DNA of 60,119 nt, counting the filler, from Sphacelaria rigidula (Eukaryota): NCBI GenBank assembly GCA_964200075.2. It is 7 parts of 7 records of this genome, joined end to end, with 100 filler letters (N's around TTAATTAATTAA, not from the genome) between each part and the next. Parts side by side here need not be neighbours in the genome. Positions count along the whole stretch, not along the records: positions 43,016 to 51,517 come from CAXNAA020010957.1; positions 51,618 to 60,119 come from CAXNAA020010958.1; 5 more parts are not named here. One strand, written 5' to 3'. A program made the translations under genes and the position numbers. How positions within the stretch are numbered: position 1 is the stretch's first letter; each line of letters begins with the position of its first letter. This document shows positions 51,056 through 60,119 of the stretch, piece by piece. The notes under the pieces were generated by a model. That model was not told the DNA's origin. It did not search any database and worked only from the letters and a program-made list of their open reading frames with translations.

Positions 51056-51067
51056 CCGTCGAAGCCA
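51056..51067 (-). promoter_or_regulatory. Putative primer-binding site TGGCTTCGACGG
   Basis: TGG-initiated motif about 75 bp upstream of the presumed gag ATG (50992); complement ends ...CGTCGAAGCCA. Confidence 0.6.
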
Positions 51068-51090
51068 ATAAGAGTCGTATACGGTTAGAA

Positions 51091-51178
51091 GGCCGACGAA
51101 GGGATTTGAACCCTTCCTTACACTCTCTGCGAAACGCAAGCGAAACGCAAAGTGCTCTTCCAGTTAAGCTACGTCAGT
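51091..51178 (-). ncRNA. tRNA-like cloverleaf inside the presumed gypsy LTR (Pol III A and B boxes; 11-nt duplication in the anticodon arm)
   Basis: Acceptor ACTGACG/CGTCGGC; D-arm GCTT..GAGC with TAGCTTAACTGG; T-arm AAGGG-TTCAAAT-CCCTT; anticodon stem CTTTG/CAGAG. Confidence 0.7.
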
Positions 51179-51617
51179 AGCGTTGAGTGAACAGGACAGA
51201 GCTCGAGTGAGTTTGACAGACAGGGTGAAGGGGGGGAGAAGAAGAGTGGTTGTGATTGTTGTGTGATGAGGTGAGGATGATCTGTGATCTATCCATGCAG
51301 CTCATCTCAGACAGAAGAACATGGATCAAGGGACCATGTACCGACAGACATTAGCCTGGAGTTCAGTTCAACGTGTAGATCACCTTGGGTTTGGTGTGTA
51401 CAACGTTCTATGGCTCTTGGGCATATTCGGTCTGATATTGTCCTGATATCTCTTTGAACAGCACTCCAGACAGTAGATCTATTTTGGGATTGGTCTCTGT
51501 TCTATGCGACAGTTTCGNNNNNNNNNNNNNNNNNNNNNNNNNNNNNNNNNNNNNNNNNNNNTTAATTAATTAANNNNNNNNNNNNNNNNNNNNNNNNNNN
51601 NNNNNNNNNNNNNNNNN

Positions 51618-51750
51618 GCGGGTACTCATTTGTTACTTGCCTTAGTCCTGTGACCATTGACCACGCATCCCTTTCGAGACGCAGCACCGTTCCCACTCCC
51701 AATAGAGACACCTTCAACATTCCGGCGCTCATGACGTTTCTTCCATAGCT
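51618..51750 (-). mobile_element. 5'-truncated LINE 3' end next to a G-run; further fragments at 43016-43090 and about 54170-54215
   Basis: Reverse complement of 33010-33122. Confidence 0.8.
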
Positions 51751-51959
51751 GGGGGGGAGGGGCACTAATTTAGCCCTCACCAACGAGACTGTGCTTTGAA
51801 GCGTAGCTCGTCACTGCTGTCGTGCATACCCTTTCTCCCGTTGGGGGGGGGGGGTTCAGCCGTTAAAGTGAAATTTCTCCACCTTTAGGAGGTATTTCGC
51901 ATTTCAGAAGGTCCTCAGCGTTTTAGAATACCCTCGGCACTTCAGAAGGCCCTTCGTAC

Positions 51960-54900
51960 TCAAGAAGCAGAAGTAGACTCAGCGACCACATCAATCGTGT
52001 CAAACACGTAGGGCGCGTAGGCGCCGAGAGAGAAGATGAGAGCGCACGTTAATGCACAGATGACGATTGTCAAGACCCAGCCCATCACTGTCTTGCCGAG
52101 AACTGTGTAGTTGACACCCCCCGTACCCTCCAGCAGAGCCACACCGGTTGTGGATCCCACCTGTAGCAGCAAAGCGCGGGGACGTTCACACCCACAAGTT
52201 GCTTTATTACGAAAAGTGCATTGTGACGAGTGGAGAGGTTGGACAACCCCACTCCGAGTTTTCTTCGTCATTTCCGATTGCGACTTGCGTTCCGTGACAG
52301 TTTAGTACAAAGTATATGCACTACTGAAGTAACCCGCGGAATTCCTTGGAACGATGATGCGGCCATGAGGGCAAGAAGTAGTGCAGGCACGGGGGTTACG
52401 GACAGCAATGGACAACGCGCTGAGCGGATGTCAATTGTCGTCACCAACTAGCAGTCGACTACTGCATTGTGCTGAGTAGAGAGTTTGGACAACTCCACTT
52501 CGAGTTTTCGTTCGAGACTTGCGTTCCGATACAGTCGAGCACGAATCATGTGTACAATACTGGAGTAACCGGCGAAATATCCTCTGGAAACGATCATGCG
52601 GCCATGAGATGGCAAGAAGTAGTGCAGGCAAGGGGATTACGAACAGTAAACGACAACGCGCTGGGCGGATTACAAGGCCGTCACCAGCTAGCAGTCCCGA
52701 TCCCTGTGTGTACTACTACGTGGGTGAAAAAAATGCACATCAAACACATGTGACTCAATCATCGCTGATAAATCTTGAAAGGACAAAATAAACCGTCTGA
52801 AAAGCAATAATGGTTTGCACGAACCACGCCGCCACGCCACGCAGGCTGTAACGTGACACCACTATAGAATAGTCCACTCTCATCTCGGTTACACTGCGAA
52901 AGGGTACAAGGAGTTTCGCAACTAAAACCCATCCAGATCATGAGCGCATCCATGTAAGCAACTATCGTCAATACCGCTCGAAAACAGAAGCCGTGTGCAT
53001 GAGGGAAGGTACGGCATATACACAACTACAACGATGCTCTCCCCCTTCCCTTTTCCAGAGGCGATTCACCATGAATCCTTCAGCTCCGCCCTACTATCTA
53101 GGACTCTCGCAAATAACTCCGGATACCAGATATACCATTGCATCGTTAGAGACTGGCTACCGTGAGGGTTGTATCGGTGCTAGCTGTCGAGTCTGGTCAT
53201 GGATATAGCGTACACCACACATGTACCGAGAGCCCTTCAAGAGGGCCAGTCCGCCCTTGCCGACCGGACAGCTAGCAAGTTGGTGGTGGTAAGAGATGAT
53301 CCCCCGTAGATTTCATTCAGGGGTCCGAAATGACGGAACTCCTGGAACGTCAGAAACGTGCTCTACACAGTTGCACCAAACCGACCTCACGGGGCTGTTT
53401 CATTTCACACATGGCCGACTAAAAACCCTGATGCGAACGGCTTACACATGGTATGCTCGAATCTTCTACACACCTGACAGTGGGTAGTGGACAGCGGGAT
53501 CTCGAGACGGGACCCGATGATGACCATCATGGCGGACCCGAGCTCGATCGCGAATCCGCGAGACGGGGTGATCTTGGCGATCTTCACGCCGATCGCAGAG
53601 ATGATCTTGTACCCGTATAGGGCGAGACCCACCACGATACCCGCGCCGCCCAAGGCGAGGATCCAGAACGCGTCGTCCCCGAGATCGCTCTCGGAGTCTA
53701 CGCCGCCGTTCACGTAGGTGGCGTAGATGGCCGCGAAGGGACCCATGGCGTTCGCTACGTCATTGGCGCCGTGAGAGAAGGAGTCACAGATGGCGGTGAA
53801 AACCTGCACGTACTTGAATACCTGCAGTAGTGCGTAGGGTAAAATCATCCATGCGGGCAGAGTTGTAGTGATGCAGGAAAGTAGGGCGTGGAAAGATCAG
53901 AGGATAAAATGTGAAGAGTGTTGGGAGGCGGACGTTGTTGGGAGTATAGATGATGATTCTCACCGGGCCAAGCGATACGCGCGCCGAATGAAAGAATTTT
54001 CGGGCTTCTTCGAAAATTGGAAAAGAAAGAAAAAAAAACATGTCGAGTGCGCCAAACGAATATTTGTGACGAAATTGATCTATCTACTTTGTTACCATGC
54101 ACCTATTCTTCCGCGCTACATCACTGCACGTACCCGAACACAACCGCTGTTGCCTCGTGTGATCCGGTTGTGACACCTCCAACATTCCGGCACTCACTAC
54201 ACTTCTTCCATACATTGCACAAAAACACGTAACAAGCTGGGGGTGGGGAAAGGGGCACAACGTAGGAATGTCATCGGAAACAATGAAATAGCGTGCTCCC
54301 ATCACATGACGATTTTACCCAAAACCGCCCCTGGCGCGCCTTTGGTGACACGAAAACACGAAGAAAGCCAGGATAGAGAGAGGAAACGAAAGAAACACAC
54401 TGCGATTCCCCGTTTTCTGGTTCAGGAAAGAAGGAAAAGGAAGGCGAGAAGGACATAGTACACTAAATTAGGACATCATCCACCCCCTCCTGCAGCCATT
54501 CGCGGCCACTCACCTCCTCGGCGCGGGGGTCGAATTTCTCAGCGTTGTCGTGGATGCTGGACACGTACTCGGAGTCCTTGATAGACGCATGGATATCCTG
54601 GTTCAGTTGCCGGTTGACGTAACCAAATACGCCGGTCTGCACCTGAGAGGTCCCCTTGGCTTCGACCGTCTGTTTCGGTTACAAAACCATATCGTCAAGG
54701 TCATCATTCACGGCGGGCGAAAACCTCGAGAGGGTGAATCGACGGCGTGGATGACGCCTTGTTATAGTGGCGATACACAGCCCTGATAATGGTGTCAAAC
54801 CCAATGCGTGCATTTATCTACCTCAGGACCACTTCCAGTCACATGGAGGTATACACCGAAAACCACTGAGGATTTCGTGACACAACGAACGAACAGTTAA

Positions 54901-56797
54901 ACGTTTTACTCCGGTCTCATCCGAATCATAAACCAACCCTATACTGTGCAACTGCTTCATTCAAACGGATCTGGGATCAACACATCCAGTTTTGTTTCAT
55001 GTTTTTCTTTCGTTTCCCTTCAAAAGTAGCACTACATAACTCACCACTTCCTGTGCGCACAGACACTTGGAGCTCTACATTGCAACACATATCTTCTCAT
55101 GAATACATGGATGATCGCGCGAATATTGCGTATCGGGATGCACTCCATGGTACTCACAGCCCGACGGGTACCGTCTTCGTTGAAGACGTTCTCGACGTTC
55201 CTCCTGATGTAGGGGAGCACGGTCGGAATCATGAGGAGACCCAGCCCGACCCCCAAAGAAAACGCCCAGATGAAGGCAGTGGAGATGGAGGTGTCATCAA
55301 GGTCAAGGCCCGAAGCACCCTTGTACACGATGAAGAATACTGTTGCGCCGGTTCACGACGGGAGAGTGGGCCAGTCACGGGCAATGAAAGCAGAAACAAA
55401 CGGAGGGCAGGCGGGACAGGACCCGGGTGAGCCACCCGTGCATGTATGAGGTGCCACTAACAATACGCTCATGATATTGACTACTGTACGTACTGCGTTG
55501 TAGACATGTTGATTCAAGTATGGGGTTCTCAGTCTGATTGTCTGTCCCAGCTTGTCATTTGCCCAGCTTCTCTTGCTTATGTTGCCCCTCGTTTTCAAGG
55601 GTCCTTCGGCAGGTTTCTCGCCGTTTTGTTGCCGTGGATGCGGTTACTTTGCGGCCACGGCTGAACTCCCGACAAGCCATGGATCAACAGGTCGACATGT
55701 ATATATATATATATATATATATACATGTGTGTAGTGTACACATGGTACTGTCGGGAGTTGTGTTGTGAGAGGCCTACGATTTCGGTGATCAATCACTGGA
55801 ATCCACCATCACTATAGGCTAAGCTTTCACGGTAATTTCGACGCTCTCGTGGGACACAACTGCTGTTGCAGTGAAATTCCTTTATTTGGAAGATGACGGG
55901 TGGATTCTTCATTCCACGTTTAGAGCAGTACACGCTTCTCGAAATCCGTCTTCTATCGTACGTCGTAAGTTGTACACTTGATACACATCGCCCGGCGGTT
56001 CATTTTGGATTCGAGGAGTCAGCATGACCGCACACCATGAATTATTTTTTTCATGTACGCTCGTTGGAAAAGTTCGGACAACCGTTAAATCTGATGATCC
56101 GAAGCATAAACACTGTTGTATGCCATTTATTACGAAGGAGAACGACGAAAAACACATGCTATTACAAAGGAGAATCGAAGAAGATGCTTCGTGCGTCTTC
56201 GAGTTCAAATCACATTGCTCCCTTCATCGTATGAAGCTTGATTATCCTTTTTGTTTCGTCCATCGCCCGTAAACTGCAAACGAAGTGCACACCCGGGTCA
56301 ACGTGGTGTGTACTGTGTACTGGGGAAAGTGACAAGAGCGCACCGTAGTTGTTCACATCATTTTAAAATTCTTCTTCGGCTTAGTGTCGCGTGGTGAAAG
56401 CAGACCCCTCACCATTCACGGCAACCGTAGCCACCACCAGCAGAGGGAAGACATAGTATGACCTGTTGTACGAGTTCTCAGACCTCAGCACGAACGTACG
56501 CACGAACAGGAACAACGCGACGGAGAAGCAGCCGGAGAACACGGGAGACAGAGCCCACGACGCGACAATGGAAGAAATTCCTCCGACGAAAGGGAACGTG
56601 TTGGTGTCCTCGTGCCAGAGCACGCAGTCCGCCCCGCGGTAGGCCATAGCCATGCCGACGATACCGCCCACGGTGGAGTGGGTGGTGGACACAGGGAGCT
56701 CCAGCCACGAGGCCAGCAGAAGCCACAGACCGGTGGTATACACGACGCACATCATACCGTACATCAGGATCCCTGGGTTATCTTCGAAGCAGTCCAC
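51960..56797 (-). CDS. PiT/PHO4-family (SLC20) sodium-phosphate symporter, last five exons (56797-56413, 55339-55158, 54669-54514, 53821-53474, 52160-51960); N-terminal exon(s) not in the window
   Basis: LPVSTTHSTVGGIVG, SFSHGANDVANAMGP, ITPSRGFAIELG and PLSTTHCQVGS signatures; all GT-AG introns with consistent phases (1, 0, 0, 0). Confidence 0.96.
52225..52700. repeat. Intronic tandem duplication of about 245 bp
   Basis: GAGAG.TTGGACAAC.CCACT...GTCACCA.CTAGCAGTC occurs twice. Confidence 0.85.
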
Positions 56798-57978
56798 CTG
56801 TCATATTGTCATCATATGTTCGGGCCGGGGGGGGGGGGGAAGGGGGAGTGAGCCGGGAACATGAAACAAGTCGCAAGTTATCATTTGCGGTACTCTATAG
56901 GGTGTCAAGAAAACAATTTTCAGACCCGTGGATGTCGAGACAACCGCGAGAGGAAAAAGAGGAACAACGAGTAATGAACACAGTGCTGGCCGACAGGGTA
57001 CTCGCTTACTGTGTAGGACATATGTGGAACACTTGAAAGGTTCCCGCGACAGGGCACGTATCCTGAGTTACCCTGGGTTTCGAGGGTATATTTGAGTGTC
57101 CATAACTCAAGGATATGCAGGGTATTGGCTGCCAAAACTGGTGAGAATTCTGCAGTGCCTGGAGCATCGAGAGATGAAGTACCAAGAATACCCGAGTACC
57201 TACGAGTACCTTGTACCTCACCCTACCCGATACATCTTTTGAATATTTCGTCATTAGAAACACGACGAGTGGCCACGTGTGAGTTTCACTATATTCCCCG
57301 AGGTTTTGTCCGATACATGGGGAACGGGCATGTCCAGTAGGGTACAAGATTTCTCACAGAACTATCGAGTACCGGCATGAAGTCTCACAGAACGTACAGA
57401 ACCTGACGGGCACGGTATGGAGATTGTACAGAAACCCTTATTCGCAATCGGGTATCTCTACAAGGGTACAGCCGTACCCCCGGGTACGGGTTAACATTCG
57501 TATAAATCGGGTACGGGTATGACAGGCTTACATAACACGGAGAACCGTCGGGTACGGGTGTTAACCGCTGACAGAACGCACAGAACTGTCGGGTACGGAT
57601 AACGTGTGGGTAAATACCCGGGATATTTACAAAAATCGTACTCTACAGAACACAAGTACTCGCGCAGCGATAGCAGCGTGGTACCATGGAGTAATTTATG
57701 GGATGATATTATGGCATGCAGTGTTCCATCAAAATGTGTCGGACGCGCGCCAGCAACGCCTTGAGAGCACCAAGACTCTAGAGGAAGGCGGAGATTGTAT
57801 CGCTAGATTACATCGCAGGAGTACAATGGTATTAGATCTTCCCCCGCATGCACCACCACTTGATTGTGCATGACAGCGGGTACCGCCTACTCACCATACC
57901 GAAACGCGCACCTACGTGTTCGGCCAGAAAAATGTAGTTATTGCCGCATAAACACTCAACATCCCCCTATTGAGATGA

Positions 57979-58450
57979 GACCCACTTTTATGGCAACGAA
58001 TCTCGATTTGTACAAATATGAGGATTACAGCCCGTCTACAGGCGATTTTCTCTCGTGGGTTGATTTTTCGGACGCCAGTCCGTTGGGGAATGTTTTTCGG
58101 CTAGATGTGAGCAAACCAGATCACTTCTCCGATTCTCTGGACGTTACTTTCGGTATACCACATCTCAGCTCAAATCGGGAGACACCCGTATCTTCCCCGA
58201 TTTTTGAAAAAATCGGGGAAAGCCGGGGGAGATGCGGGAGTGTCCCGATTTCAACGGAAAGGTGATGTATCGAAAGTCAACGCCCAGAAAATCGGAGAAT
58301 CGATCTGGTTTTCTGACAGCTACTGTAGCCGAAAAACATTGCCAAACGGACTGGGGTCCGAATCATCAATCCACGGGAGAAAACCGTGTGCAGACGAGCT
58401 GAAATCACCATATTTGTACAAATCGAGATTCGTTGCCATGAAAGTGGGTC
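57979..58450. mobile_element. Long-TIR foldback MITE, possibly PIF/Harbinger
   Basis: GACCCACTTT.ATGGCAACGAATCTCGATTTGTACAAATATG arms extend about 180 bp; flanks TGA and TAA. Confidence 0.85.
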
Positions 58451-60119
58451 TAAATAGGCGCATTGTGCCACGTGAAAAACAACAGATCCGAGTCCAAAGT
58501 TAACCATGGACAATGTTCGGCGATCTGTAGGGTAGGGCATGTGGGGCAGAACATTTCAAGATGTATACGTATTATGCTGATCGGATAGATCGTTTATGTA
58601 CCCTGGCAGTAAAAGGGACAATTTGCCGAGTAGGTCATCCGCTGGACTTGCATCACATCACGCAGAAAAATTATCATGATCCAGATGGCGTACCCTGCCT
58701 GGTGGTCAAAGAGGCGAGTGCTCGTTTCTGTAGAATATGTAGAACATATCACTAGTGTGATATACTACTGTACATGTGCTTCCTATTCCGTTTAGTGACA
58801 GTGATTTGCAGGAGCACGCAAAATATTCCCGCACACATATGTACCCCTTTTGGGGGGACCTCTCACGGGGGGGGATAGGGTAGGGTAGGGTACTCAACCC
58901 CCCCCCCCAAACGCCATACAAACTCTTATACAACATGAGGCAGCGTCGGAAGTGGTACCCCCCCTTCGTGTGTGTGTGGTTAGTATACGATACACGTACC
59001 CCCCTGATACGTAGCTGCAGAACTACAAATTAATTAACATGAAAATAAAACATAAACATAACATATATAAGGTATACGATGAAAAGAAATCAAGTACTAA
59101 GTAAAAGAGTTGTAAGACAGAAAGATGAGTAAACAAAAAGAAAAAATATCTAAAGTTGATAGAAATAAAATACTGCTTCGTATACTGTAACAAATTGAGT
59201 ACGAGCTGGGCCAGCTTGAAAGCTAACAGTTGCTCACACCACAGCTTCCCCAGTTTCCCGAATCAACCCGATGTAAGCATATCACTGTGAACTGCTGATC
59301 CACCTGATGACAAAGGACTGCGTCACAGGTCGATTGACGTCGTATTGCCGATGACGTTTTTGTACTGCATAGAGTACAGGATGGGTCTGATATCGTTGAG
59401 CGATAGCGTGTCGGAGTGCGTTTTTTTCTTTTTTATGCGGCGGGTTCACCTCAGCAATCACCCCGCACTGGGTATTAGTGGGTTGCAGCAGCCTCACGGA
59501 AAATGTCAAATGCACGGCCCGATTCGACGAGTCCTAAGCTGAAATTTCAGGAAGACCTTCTGCACCCAAGGAACTGGTACTTCACGAGTCCAGCTGCAGA
59601 TTCCCTTTTCTTCCTGGACTTATGGCATTATCTAGTTTTTTTTTTCTGAAATTCGAATCCCCATAACTTCCTTTTTTTTCTTCTTATTTGCTGCTCTCGC
59701 GATCTTCTGCATTTCAATCATAGAAAGCTGCAGTCAAAATTTCAGCGTCCAACTCCTAATATCTCGTCGTGCGTCGCCTGAGGGAGGTTCGCGCCTACTC
59801 TTGGCTGGCCCAGCTCCGTAAGGAAGATAGGAAGAAGAAGAAGACATGTCAGCGCTGTGAACTCTCAAAACAAGCCATTTTGAAGCGACTTGAGTGAGGT
59901 AGCGCCCATGATTGTTGGCTCTATCTGTCACCACAAGATGAGACGCACGTTGGATGCTAACTGGCAGTGGAGATAGATGTATTGCCGAAACTCATGAATA
60001 TAACTTGGCCTTGGCTCCGAAGGTATGCAAAGAATTGAAGCGTCATTGACACTTTCTACGATAGCCCCCCCGCAAAACCAGCTAAAAGTGTCACGGAATA
60101 AATGGCCAAACAGCGCCTG

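Larger units (their letters stand above)
44765..51517 (-). mobile_element. Decayed Ty3/gypsy LTR retrotransposon: presumed 5' LTR (about 51069-51517), PBS, gag, protease, RT, RNase H, truncated at the start of integrase
   Basis: gag FKMEKKESVQNYALRF; protease-like TIDIATDVSIVS; RT SSWGSP..RFCVDYR and YMDD; RNase H HTDSSDIGVGGFLAQ, TDHQPL and LTRW..F.VKHVPGK; gypsy domain order; many stops and frameshifts. Confidence 0.95.

Overview
Eukaryotic, intron-rich and transposon-dense DNA. EsV-1-7 repeats, a stramenopile-type plastid presequence and the intron style point to a brown alga (Phaeophyceae). The window is not one locus: it is seven contigs of 8504, 8503, 8503, 8503, 8502, 8502 and 8502 bp, concatenated by size with an artificial N44-TTAATTAATTAA-N44 linker, so neighbourhoods across linkers are meaningless. 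Host genes: an intronless EsV-1-7 C3H-repeat protein (contig 1), two exons of CKS1 (contig 2), four exons of a METTL13/EEF1AKMT4-like methyltransferase (contig 3), the start of a probable plastid-targeted gene (contig 4), a Trp/Arg-rich Sfi1-like gene (contig 5) and five exons of a PiT/PHO4 (SLC20) phosphate transporter (contig 7). Contig 6 is mostly a decayed Ty3/gypsy element with nested MITEs. Best leads: (1) the EsV-1-7 array has a TALE-like hypervariable dipeptide per 38-aa unit plus a nuclear-type tail; (2) a complete tRNA-like cloverleaf sits in the presumed gypsy LTR just before the PBS; (3) a LINE/SINE family ends in and targets C-runs rather than A-runs; (4) two apparently consecutive GC-AG introns. 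All calls were made by eye, with no database searches.
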